DNA of 63,918 nucleotides, counting the filler, from Guillardia theta CCMP2712 (Eukaryota; Protista; Cryptophyta), in NCBI RefSeq assembly GCF_000315625.1. It is 7 parts of 6 records of this genome, joined end to end, with 100 filler letters (N's around TTAATTAATTAA, not from the genome) between each part and the next. Parts side by side here need not be neighbours in the genome. Positions count along the whole stretch, not along the records: positions 20,992 to 35,763 come from NW_005434405.1; positions 35,864 to 40,906 come from NW_005434162.1; 5 more parts are not named here. One strand, 5' to 3'. A model generated the notes under the pieces. It was not told the DNA's origin, searched no databases, and worked only from the letters and a program-made list of their open reading frames with translations. A program made the position numbers and the translations under genes. Position 1 is the stretch's first letter, and each line of letters starts with the position of its first letter. Shown piece by piece: positions 24,500-36,261 of this stretch.

Positions 24500-27400
24500 G
24501 CTTGACCCTCGCAGGTTTAGCTTGTTCCTGCTGCTTTGTTCTGCTTGAGGCACTTGAAAGTTTTACCTTCCGAAGTTCTGCGAGCCTGATGGCTTCATGT
24601 TCAAGACGCTGGTGAGGGCGAGCCATCTCCAGAAGCTGCGCTTCTTCCTCCAGGGGTCATCTCCGTTTCTCCCGCGGGTCCAGTCACAGATTCGTCGCTT
24701 TGACCTCTCTGTCCACCTGGCGCTTGAGAAATACCACCGCTGGCCTTCCTCGCAGTACCTCGCCGCGCATCCCGACCTGCTAGAGTTTGCGAGGTTCAAG
24801 CGGGAGCTTCCGCATAGTCGGGGAGGGGACGANNNNNNNNNNNNNNNNNNNNNNNNNNNNNNNNNNNNNNNNNNNNNNNNNNNNNNNNNNNNNNNNNNNN
24901 NNNNNNNNNNNNNNNNNNNNNNNNNNNNNNNNNNNNNNNNNNNNNNNNNNNNNNNNNNNNNNNNNNNNNNNNNNNNNNNNNNNNNNNNNNNNNNNNNNNN
25001 NNNNNNNNNNNNNNNNNNNNNNGTTCATAATGCTGGAGCGATCCTCTACCGTCGTGTGAAGGCTCCTGCACCGGCTGCAGATGGCGCGGCGATCCCACCT
25101 GCCCCGGCTGCTGTGCCTGATGACGCAGGACGCCCCCCGGCATCTGTGGTACACATCCCTGGTTTGCGCGCTCTCGTCGACTCGTCTCATGAGCACTTCA
25201 TTCCTCCGCCTGCCGCAGTGCGCAGCGAAATGTGACCCCTCTTGTCATGCGCGTCTTCCCTCGCCATGTGCATGCTCGCGCTGCGCTGACCGATCAGCAG
25301 CGTGATATCCTCACCTTGCACAGCCGCAGGACACACTCGCTCAAGTCGCAGGATAGGGTCTTGCAGTCTACCATCTTCGCTCATTTTCCTGAGCGAGACC
25401 TGAGCCACTCTCCGATGCGAGTCTCGAGCTACTACCCCCTCAAGGCCTTCCCGCACCGCTATGCTCAGATGCTCGACTGCTATCTCCATGGCATGCCGAT
25501 CTGCCAGTGTCCGACGGAATGTGATGGATGTCAGCGCGAGCTCGATCCCTCCGTTGCTGCACATCATCTCCAGACCTGCAAACGCCGATCCTCCAAGCTT
25601 CCAACGGCGCATGACAACCTTACTCGTACGATTCGGTCGATGCTGAACGAAGCTGGTCTTCAGAGCGTCATCGATACAGTGGGGGATCCTCGTTCTCGAC
25701 GGCAGGTACCCTCCCATCCTCATGGCCGCAAGATGAAGGGCGATATCCACATCCCTGGAATCCGCGATCGAGGGTCCGAGAGTACGAGGGCTTGATGGCG
25801 GACGTGACGTTGGTCCACCCTGCCCTTTCTCCGTCCGCGGCCGCCCGCTTTGTGGCGGGAGCGGATCGCGTCTAAGGGATTTTCTTCCTCCTGCATGCTC
25901 CTGCTGCTTGTTGCTTGATTGCTTGACCCTTAGGCTGCTTGTCTGCGCGGCTTCGCGCTTGGGCTGGCGATGCCGCGTCTGGGTGCCAGCAGTGCTGGTT
26001 CTTTTCGGGCTTGTGTTTTGTGTGTGTTTGTGCAGCTTCTCGCTGTGGACTGTGTGCCTGCCGGTTCAGCTTGTTCCTGCTTTGTTTTGCTTGAGGCACT
26101 TTTTACCTTCTGCCAGTAAATCCTATGCCCCTTACATTGGTAGCTCTGCCGACCTGACCAAGTGGGGGGAGGTCAACCTCGACGCCCTCCATGTTGCAGC
26201 GTCTGAGAAGATTCGCAAACATCGCGCTGCATATGCTATGACTACTCCTCCTCGAGCGTTCATCCCTCTTGCCATCTCGACGGACGGTACCCTGCATCCT
26301 GACACCCATCTCGACGGACGGTACCCTGCATCCTGACACCCTCCGCTTCATCTGGTATCTTGCGGACATCATTGCTCAGCGCTCGATGCCTCTTGAGGAT
26401 GCGGCGTTTGGTCGGCACTTCGTGCCTGATGACGGACCTGCTGCTGAGGTCTTGGCTCGCAAACGCGCCGCCACCTATCAGCGCCTCACCATGCAGCTGA
26501 CGCTGGAAGCGCTCTTGTCTGGTGCGAGGCGCATGACGCCCTTGCGGGCGCAAGCACTCCTCGAGCCAGAGGACAGCTCCTCCTCGGACTTTGTCGAGTC
26601 GCCCGAGGAGTCTTCGCCGGAGGTCTCCGACTCCGATGGGGGACACCCTTCGAGTGGCCCCGACGATGGGCGCGGAGCTGGCGACTCGGAGGCGTCTCCG
26701 TCCCTCACTGTGACGTCGGGTGCCTCCGGAGAGCTCGACACGACTGGGGTGCTTGCTGCTGGTCCGAGCTCGCCTGCTTCCTCCCCGGCATCGGTCGGGT
26801 CACGCCGGTCCTTGGGCATTGCCGCGGCGTCGCCGCCGTCACGGGCGGCTACCGCTGACTCGGCTACCGCTGACTCGGAGGCTAGCGAGGAGGACTACTN
26901 NNNNNNNNNNNNNNNNNNNNNNNNNNNNNNNNNNNNNNNNNNNNNNNNNNNNNNNNNNNNNNNNNNNNNNNNNNNNNNNNNNNNNNNNNNNNNNNNNNNN
27001 NNNNNNNNNNNNNNNNNNNNNNNNNNNNNNNNNNNNNNNNNNNNNNNNNNNNNNNNNNNNNNNNNNNNNNNNNNNNNNNNNNNNNNNNNNNNNNNNNNNN
27101 NNNNNNNNNNNNNNNNNNNNNNNNNNNNNNNNNNNNNNNNNNNNNNNNNNNNNNNNNNNNNNNNNNNNNNNNNNNNNNNNNNNNNNNNNNNNNNNNNNNN
27201 NNNNNNNNNNNNNNNNNNNNNNNNNNNNNNNNNNNNNNNNNNNNNNNNNNNNCTTTTCGGGCTTGTGTTTTGTGTGTGTTTGTGCAGCTTCTCGCTGTGG
27301 ACTGTGTGCCTGCCGGTTCAGCTTGTTCCTGCTTTGTTTTGCTTGAGGCACTTTTTTACCTTCTGCCAGTAAATCCTATGCTCCGCTTCATCTGGTATCT

Positions 27401-30400
27401 TGCGGACATTCATTGGTTCAGCTTGTTCATGCTTTGTTTTGCTTGAGGCACTTTTTACCTTCTGCCAGTAAATCCTATGACTTCTTTCATTGCTCAGCGC
27501 TCGATGCCTCTTGAGGATGCGGCGTTTGGTCGGCACTTCGTGCCTGATGACGGACCTGCTGCTGAGGTCTTGGCTCGCAAACGCGCCGCCACCTATCAGC
27601 GCCTCACCATGCAGCTGACGCTGGAAGCGCTCTTGTCTGGTGCGAGGCGCATGACGCCCTTGCGGGCGCAAGCACTTCTCGAGCCAGAGGACAGCTCCTC
27701 CTCGGACTTTGTCGAGTCGCCCGAGGAGTCTTCGCCGGAGGTCTCCGACTCCGATGGGGGAAACCCTTCGAGTGGCCCCGACGATGGGCGCGGAGCTGGC
27801 GACTCGGAGGCGTCTCCGTCCCTCACTGTGACGTCGGGTGCCTCCGGAGAGCTCGACACGACTGGGGTGCTTGCTGCTGGTCCGAGCTCGCCTGCTTCCT
27901 CCCCGGCATCGGTCGGGTCAATGCCTCTTGAGGATGCGGCGTTTGGTCGGCACTTCGTGCCTGATGACGGCCCTGCTGCTGAGGTCTTGGCTCGCAAACG
28001 CGCCGCCACCTATCAGCGCCTCACCATGCAGCTGACGCTGGAAGCGCTCTTGTCTGGTGCGAGGCGCATGACGCCCTTGCGGGCGCAAGCACTTCTCGAG
28101 CCAGAGGACAGCTCCTCCTCGGACTTTGTCGAGTCGCCCGAGGAGTCTTCGCCGGAGGTCTCCGACTCCGATGGGGGACACCCTTCGAGTGGCCCCGACG
28201 ATCGGCGCGGAGCTGGCGAGGCGTCTCCGTCCCTCACTGTGACGTCGGGTGCCTCCGGAGAGCTCGACACGACTGGGGTGCTTGCTGCTGGTCCGAGCTC
28301 GCCTGCTTCCTCCCCGGCATCGGTCGGGTCACGCCGGTCCTTGGGCATTGCTGCGGCGTCGCCGCCGTCACGGGCGGCTACCACTGACTCGGCTACCGCT
28401 GACTCGGAGGCTAGCGAGGAGGACTACCTCGAGCGGTACCGTGTTCCTGTGTCCAGCCTCCCTCCGTCCGCTGCCCCTGGCGGACCCCCGGGCAGCGCCG
28501 GCTCCTTGTCGGCGGCTGCCCTTTCTCCGTCCGCGGCCGCCCGCTTTGTGGCGGCAGCGGACGTCTCGACTGACAGTGGTCAGTCGGCTGCCTCCGGGTA
28601 TCGCGTCTAAGGGATTTTATTCCTCCTGCATGCTCCTGCTGCTTGTTGCTTGATTGCTTGACCCTTCGGCTGCTGCTTGTCTGCGCGGCTTCGCGCTTGG
28701 GCTGGCGGTGCCGCGTCTGGGCGCCAGCAGTGCTGGTTCTTTTCGGGCTTGTGTTTTGTGTGTGTTTGTGCAGTTCCTGCTTTGGACTGTGTGCCTGCCG
28801 GTTCAGCTTGTTCCTGCTTTGTTTTGCTTGAGGCACTTTTTACCTTCTGCCAGTAAATCCATTATCTCAGTAAAACCTATACCTCACCTCCCTGCATCCT
28901 GACACCCTCCGCTTCACCTGGTATCTGGCGGACTTATCATTGCTCAGCGCTCGATGCCTCTTGAGGATGCGGCGTTTGGTCGGCACTTCGTGCCTGATGA
29001 CGGCCCTGCTGCTGAGGTCTTGGCTCGCAAACGCGCCGCCACCTATCAGCGCCTCACTATGCAGCTGACGCTGGAGGCACTTTTGTCTGGTGCGAGGCGC
29101 ATGACGCCCTTGCGGGCGCAAGCACTTCTCGAGCCAGAGGACAGCTCCTCCTCGGACTTTGTCGAGTCGCCCGAGGGGGAGTCTTCGCCGGAGGTCTCCG
29201 ACTCCGATGGGGGAAACACGTCGAGTGGCGCCGACGATCGGCGCGGAGCTGGCGAGGCGTCTCCGTCCCTCACTGTACATAGAATTGTAACGTCGGGTGC
29301 CTCCGGAGAGCTCGACACGACTGGGGTGCTTGCTGCTGGTCCGAGCTCGCCTGCTTCCTCCCCGGCATCAGTCGGGTCACGCCGGTCCTTGGGCATTGCT
29401 GCGGCGTCGGCGCCCGCTGACTCGGAGGCTAGCGAGGAGGACTACCTCGACGGAATACAAGTTTGTTAGACTTGTACTAGTCCAAAGTCACGCAGATATC
29501 ACATCGACCTTAGTTGTAACAAGACAGTTTTTGCTCAAGACCGAGTTTAATGCACACAAAACCAGAATTGAGGAGCACATGAGAGTCATAGGATTTACTG
29601 GCAGAAGGTAAAAAGTGCCTCAAGCAAAACAAAGCAGGAACAACCTAAGCCTCCAGGCACACAGTCCACAGCGAGAAGCTGCACAAACACACACAAAACA
29701 CAAGCGATAGACTGTATGCTAGGATGTGAAAACCAAGCTAAGGCCTCCTCTTCGTCACACGTACTACATTGCCGCCTCGCCACGTAACTTGTAAGTCGTC
29801 TTGGTTTACAGGAGAGTTTTTGTTAACTCGGCGCTATCTGACTGGCACGGCTGGCATACGTTCCATCTTCCCCCCGAGTTTCTGAAATAGTACGTTACAT
29901 CGGACGTCAGAAAGTCACACAAACAAGAGAATGTCAGCAGAGATCCAAGTCAAGATACGATGATACAACGTCAAGCTCACAGTCATGCTGAGTGGGCAAT
30001 AACCATTCAAAGGATTGTCCATTCTGAAGAAGATTTTCATGCAGGGCTATTAGATGTGCAGTAAAGAGATAAGGGAGATGCCCCTGGCGAGCCGATGCAA
30101 TGACGAGGGAAGGAGGATAAGATAAGAGAGTCTGAGGAGAGAACTTCAGATAACAGAGACTCCCCCGAGAGAGAGAGAGAGCGTGCCCGCCGGCATTTGA
30201 AGACCAAAAGATAAATTTTGAACCGTAAAGAACTTGTGACCAGAGATTGCAGTCTATCTCTCATGTGCTCCTCAATTCTGGTTTTGTGTGCATTAAACTC
30301 GGTCTTGAGCAAAAACTGTCTTGTTACAACTAAGGTCGATGTGATATCTGCGTGACTTTGGACTAGTACAAGTCTAACAAACTTGTATTCCGTCGGTTAT

Positions 30401-32465
30401 AAGCCTCGATTACATGCTCAATCATGTTGATCTCATATTTGGTTAGTTGAATTGTTTACTGTAGTTTTCTCTCTTGGTATTGTTTTCCGTTGCTGTTGAA
30501 AATTCATGCAATTTTTATCAAGCCTTACACATTCGGATGACTCCTCTCTTCAATCAGGCTCTCTCTCTAGCCCCAAGTTGTTTAGGCCTCTCATCTCAGC
30601 CTCAATTTGTTTGATTGATCTTCGAATAGGAAAAACAAGCCTTTCCCCAGCCAGATTGGTCGGTCGAATATCTGCTTAACCGTGTGGAAACGCACTTGAA
30701 GCTGATTCGATTCTTATTTTTCTTGATCTTTGAGTAGGATTTCATGTCATGGAGCTAGGCTGTGGCATGCATAACTGGAGCTACTTCTGGATCGGCGAAC
30801 AAGGTACAACTGCAAAACATCTTCAGATGAGAGGACCTTAGCAAGACGGCTAGGAAGGCCTCTTCTTCGTCACACGTTTTACATTGCCGCCTCGCCACGT
30901 AAGTCGTCTTGGTTTACAGGAGAGTTTTTGTTAACTCGGCGCTATCTGACTGGCACGGCTGGCATACGTTCCATCAGTACCGTGTTCCTGTGTCCAGCCT
31001 CCCTCCGTCCGCTGCCCCAGGCGGACCCCCGGGCAGCGCCGGCTCCTTGTCGGCGGCTGCCCTTTCTCCGTCCGCGGCCGCCAGCTTTGTGGCGGCAGCG
31101 GACGTCTCGACTGACAGTGGTCAGTCGGCTGCCTCCGGGTATCGCGTCTAAGGGATTTTATTCCTCCTGCATGCTCCTGCTGCTTGTTGCTTGATTGCTT
31201 GACCCTTCGGGCTGCTTGTCTGCGCGGCTTCGCGCTTGGGCTGGCGGTGCCGCGTCTGGGCGCCAGCAGTGCTGGTTCTTTTCGGGCTTGTGTTTTGTGT
31301 GTGTTTGTGCAGTTCCTGCTTTGTTTTGCTTGAGGCACTTTTTACCTTCTGCCAGTAAATCCATTCCTTTCGCTGGACACAGGAACACGGTACCGCTCGA
31401 GGTAGTCCTCCTCGCTAGTCAGCGGTAGCCGAGACCAACACCGCCCGTGACGGCGGCGACGCCGCGGCAATGCCCAAGGACCGGCGTGACCCGACCGATG
31501 CCGGGGAGGAAGCAGGCGAGCTCGGCCCAGCTGCAAGCTCCCCAGTGGCCGTGCTCCTGTGTCCAGCCTCCCTCCGTCCGCTGCCCCAGGCGGACCCTCG
31601 CGGCCGCCAGCTTTGTGGCAGCAGCGGACGTCTCGACTGACAGTGGTCAGTCGGCTGCCTCCGGGTATCGCGTCTAAGGGATTTTATTCCTCCTGCATGC
31701 TCCTGCTGCTTGTTGCTTGATTGCTTGACCCTTAGGCTGCTTGTCTGCGCGGCTTCGCGCTGTGCATGCAGGTTTAGCTTGTTCCTGCTTTGTTCTGCTT
31801 GAGGCACTTTTTACCTTCTGCGAGTAAACATTCACCAGTCTTCGCCGGAGGTCTCGGCCTCCGACGGTGGAAGCATCTTGAAGCCTGAGTGGAGCTGGAG
31901 AAGCGTCTCCGTTCATCATTGTGACGTCTGATGCCTCCCGAGTCCGGAGAGCTCGACGCCACTGGGGTGCTTGCAGCTGGTCCGAGTTCTCCCCGTCTCA
32001 GCTGCCGCTGCGTTATGATCACTTGGAGCGGTACCTTCAGCATGCGGCGGATCCCCGGGTAGCGCCGAGTTTTACTCGCATAAGGTAAAAAGTGCCTCAA
32101 GCAGAAGAAAGCAGCAACAAGCAAAACCGTCAGGCCGCGGACGGAGAAAGGGCAGCCGCCGACAAGGAGCCGGCGCTGCCCGGGGGTCCGCCTGGGGCAG
32201 CGGACACATGGAGGCTGGGCGCATGCTGACGGTACCGCTCCAAGTAATGCAAACAGTCCTCCTCACTGTCCGCCAGTGACGGCGACGATGCCGCAGCTAT
32301 GCCCGAATACCTTCCATGCACCCCAGTGCCGTCGAGCTCTCTGGAGGCATCAGACGTCGCAGTGATGGACGGAGACGCTTCTCCAGCACGCGATACCCGG
32401 AGGCGTCCGCCGCCGCAGAGCTGGCGGCGGGCGTCTCGACTCAAAAGGTTTGTGAAACCTCTCCG
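24500..32465. mobile_element. Cluster of nested, 5'-truncated CRE-like (RLE-type) non-LTR retrotransposon copies
   Basis: Post-RT thumb-like ELPHSRGG; CCHC knuckle CDGC..HHLQTC followed by AHDNL; RLE motifs KGDI..ADVTLVHP, EKIRKH and FIPLAISTDG; a recurrent 3' end GGCACTTTTTACCTTCTGCCAGTAAATCCTAT in both orientations. Confidence 0.85.
24597..26899 (+). pseudogene. Disrupted retrotransposon ORF (thumb - zinc knuckle - restriction-like endonuclease - S/P/A-rich tail)
   Basis: Frameshifts near 25232 and 25790, an insertion at 25822-26128 and a ~34-nt tandem duplication near 26273-26340. No RT catalytic core is visible. Confidence 0.8.
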
Positions 32466-32583
32466 ACGCAGCAGCATGAAGGGCGTAGGGTGACCTCCCC
32501 CCACTGCTATCACTGATCACTGACATGACACAGGACTTCACTGGTTTGCTGTACATAAACTACAAGAGGTTGAGGCATCTGCC

Positions 32584-33990
32584 TCATCGGCTCGTTGCTG
32601 CTGATTGAGACTTTGCGATGCGCTCCAGCACGGCCTTGAGGCTCTCCTCACCCTTCTTCACCTCCTCCTGTGCCTTCGCTGCTGCTGCCAGTGCCAGGTC
32701 TTCCACTTCCTCCGCATCCTCCGCAGCTGAACTGTCCGAGGTTGAGGTTGAGTTGCCTGCCGGTGCTCGCACAGGCTGAAAGTGAAGGGGTGAGGCTGAG
32801 GAAGCGAGTTCCTTCTCTGTACCTTGACTGTCTTCTCCTCCTTCCCCTTCCCTTGAGATTTTCCTCTCACCCGAGCCAGCAGGCTTTGAGCTTCAGCATA
32901 GCAGACCGACAAGCACTGCACCTGAGGCGCACTTGCTGTCTTCATCCCCGCAGCTGAAGGTGCCTGACGTTGCGTAAGCCCTCAACCCCTAGACCCTCTT
33001 CCTCCCCTATCCCTGTAGCTCCCTACCAGCCTCTCCTCCTACCTCCTCCCCTATCCCTGTATGTTTACTTTACTCAAAACCTGTAGCTCCCTACCAGCCT
33101 CTCCTCCTACCTCCTCTTTCTCCTTCTGCAGCGCTGTCTTGAGCGTCGTGATCGCATCGTCGATCTGTCAGTTGCCCGTCAGTCATTCGTCAGTCTCTTT
33201 GCCTCTCACCTTCTTCTCCTCCCCCGCCGCTTCTTCGCTGCTGTCCCCATGCAGCGTCGCGTTCCACTGGCTCCCAGCCGCGATCTTGCTGGCGACGCGC
33301 ATGGCGTGATCGACGCGATGATTCCAGGCAGGCCATCGCAGGTGCTGCAGCGAGCAATGCTCGCACAGAGGAAGCTGCGAGCGACGGGCGCCATGAGCCT
33401 CATCGAGCCTCCTCGACGGGAGAGGCTTGACGAGAGGCTTCTCACTTGACCAGAGCCGTTCCATCTTCTCCATGCTTGAAGCAGCCGCGTTGGCGAGAGA
33501 GGAGGACGGAGGCTTGTGAGCTCTCAGAAACTTAGACTACCCGAGGGTCAGCGGAAGCCAGGAGGAGCTAGAGTAGGAAAGAAGCAGCACGAGCAGTGAG
33601 AGTAGGAGGGGGAGGAAGAGGAGGAGCAGCAAGTAAGCAAGAGTAGCGGGAGAACCTCGGCCGCATCTTCTTCCTTCCAGAAGTCGTTGAGCTTCTGTCT
33701 CGCTTCCTTGGCAGTGAGGTAGTCGACGAGCTTCCCTGCAACATCATCAACCTCACCCTCCCTCACCCTCCCTCACCCTCCCACTCACCAGGGTGTGCAA
33801 GTGCTGGTTCCCTTCCTTCCTGCTGCCAGTACTCCTTCATCTCCTCCCGCGCCTCCTTCCCTGTCAGAAAGTCTCGCGGCTTCGCAGCCTTTTGCTCCAG
33901 ACTTGAGGCATGCGGTTGATCGTTTTTGATCGCTAGGATGCAGAAGATAAGGAAGCAAGCAGCAGCAACTGCGAACCTCGTCAGTTCCAT
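32584..33990 (-). CDS. Hypothetical secreted or membrane-anchored protein, multi-exon
   Basis: Hydrophobic N-terminus (MELTRFAVAAACFLIFCILAI), an internal repeat DFLTGKEAREEMKEYW / DYLTAKEARQKLNDFW, and a chain of minus-strand exons. Confidence 0.6.
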
Positions 33991-34385
33991 ATCCCGTTAC
34001 CGCCCTGTCTCCCTTGATAGACTCCCTTCACCATGAATTGTCTTATGTTCCTCCCTGTTTCAATGGCCATCTTCGTCCTTTCCCTCCCTCCCTCCTTCTC
34101 TCCTTCTATCCCTCCCTCCCTCCTTCTCTCCTTCTCTCCCTCCCTTCTCCTTCTCTCCTTCTCTCCCTCCCTCCCTTCTCCTCCTCCTCCTCGCACCTGT
34201 CGCGCTCTGTCGCCATTCCGCTCCCGCCATTCTATTTCTGTACACAACTGGATCTCCAGCCCTGTGAAATCTAGCCATTCTAAATAAATTATGTGGGCTC
34301 ATTAACAACTCTTAATATTATTTACAGCTTTTAATTCACATTAGAGCTGCTTTAATTCCCATTGCAACTCTTGATGACGACAACA

Positions 34386-35698
34386 ATGCCAGGGAAACAT
34401 GGCTGCTGCTGGCGCTGCTGGCGCTGCTGTCCACGGCGATGCTTGCTCGCGCAGACATCTCCCCCCGACCACCAGCAGCGGGAGGATCCGTCGGTGGAGG
34501 AATACCACCCGGAGGAGACGCTCCCCCGCCAGCTGGAGGAAGGACAGGATCTCAGCTGGGAGGAGAAGACAAGCGAGCAATGGAGAAGTTGAAGGAGGAG
34601 GAGAAGGACGCGTCCTCGCAGCTCAAGGCTACAGAGGGTCTGGTGAGGTCCGAGGGAAAGAAGCTGAGCCTTCTCGAGCCCAAGGTAACAAGAAGACGAG
34701 AACGGATGGGGGAAAGGAGCATTGAGATACGGATCCGAAGATGAAAGGGAGGGAAGGGTATCGGAGAAAAGAATTATCAGGGAGGAGGGAGGGAGGGAGT
34801 GGTGTAGGATGACTGATATCCGCTGAGACTGCACGCAGGGCTCATTGGCAGGCCCCAACAGGACGAAAGAGGAAGGAGTAGGGCAGGCGGAGGCAGGAAT
34901 CAAGGTCGAGGAGGAGTGATTTGTGAAAAAGCTGACGGGGAGGTGGCAGAGGGAGATGAAGATGGAGGAGAAGGAAGAGAAGATCCTATCGTCGACAGCT
35001 CGCACCGTCGCGAAGCTCGAGAAGAAGGAAGAGCAAGACAACGGTAGCGGAGGAACTGAGAGACGAGATGCCAGGGAGCAGGCGAAGGTGATGAGGGAGG
35101 TCAAACAAGGTCTCGACAAAGTCTCTAGCATGGAGCAGAAGCAGGGGCTGCTTATCGCCTCCACAGACAAGAAGATCAGCAAGGAGGAGGCGAAGGAGAA
35201 GGAGGGGGAGGAGGAGGGGGAGGAGGCGAAGAAGGAGGGGAGAAGGAGGGCGAGAAGGAGGGGGAGGATGCAGGCTCCGATAAGTCTCCCGCCGGCGTGG
35301 AGGAGGGAGCAGGAGAGGAGAAGGATATCCGTCAGTGTACGATCGAATGCCTGGAGGACTGCAAGAAGGACTGCAGCAAGTCGAGCAAGAGCGAGGGCGA
35401 GGCCCGCGAGTGTCTGTCCTCCTGCCGCAAAGACTGCGTGGAGGTGTGCAAGGAAGGAAAGGAGGACGAGGCTGCTGCGAATGACAAGGGGGAGGAGGAG
35501 GTCAGCGGCAGACACGGCAGACTCCATGAGCAGGGGCTGCGTCGACCAGCAGGGGAGGATGAGGAGAATGAGGAGGGAGAGAGAGAAGTAACAAGTCGCA
35601 AGCATCAAGGATCAGGGGAGGTGCAGAGGGAGATGGACATGCAGTGCTTCAATGGATGCATGCGACCCTGCCGCTCCTCCTGCCGCAGCGACGAGCCG
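34386..35698 (+). CDS. Hypothetical secreted protein with CxxxCxxxC repeats, truncated at contig end
   Basis: Signal-like WLLLALLALLSTAMLARA (the nearest ATG is out of frame), coiled-coil exons, and CTIECLEDCKKDC, CLSSCRKDCVEVC, CFNGCMRPCRSSC. Confidence 0.5.
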
Positions 35699-35730
35699 GT
35701 GATGATGATGATGATGGAGATGATGATGGA

Positions 35731-35763
<33 letters not shown>

Positions 35764-36261
35764 NNNNNNNNNNNNNNNNNNNNNNNNNNNNNNNNNNNNN
35801 NNNNNNNTTAATTAATTAANNNNNNNNNNNNNNNNNNNNNNNNNNNNNNNNNNNNNNNNNNNNTCATACCAGAGCCGCAATACTTGCGTGCTGTGTACTC
35901 CAAAAACAGATATTATTTGTAGTGACTTCATTCGATTCTTTGTACCAAAAGTCTGCAACTGGTAATGATGGTTGGGTCCCTGCGGTACAATCGTGGTACA
36001 AATAAGCTCCAATACAGTACTAAAGTTTGTGGGGTCGGATTTTCAAATGTCAATCTGAAAGTCCTAGCGTGTGCAAGGACGACATTCGGGTCATTTTAGA
36101 GCGAATTCTCATGAGAGTTTATGAACTTCTCCACTGATATTTGAATACTATACTGTTCTTCCACTGTTGCCGCCTAAACTTGATTTTAGCAAAGACGGTC
36201 AGAATTTGAAAAATAGATTTCTGCACTGGAAAATTTCCCGCCTAAAAACTGAACTATTACC

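Noticed and set aside
26060-26128. snRNA or spliced-leader gene as the repeated target
   Set aside because: No recognisable U1-U6 or SL motif. The sequence follows the ORF stop and 3' UTR and behaves as the element's own 3' end.
34352-35608. 418-aa hydrophobic minus-strand ORF
   Set aside because: It is the antisense shadow of a purine-rich, spliced plus-strand gene.
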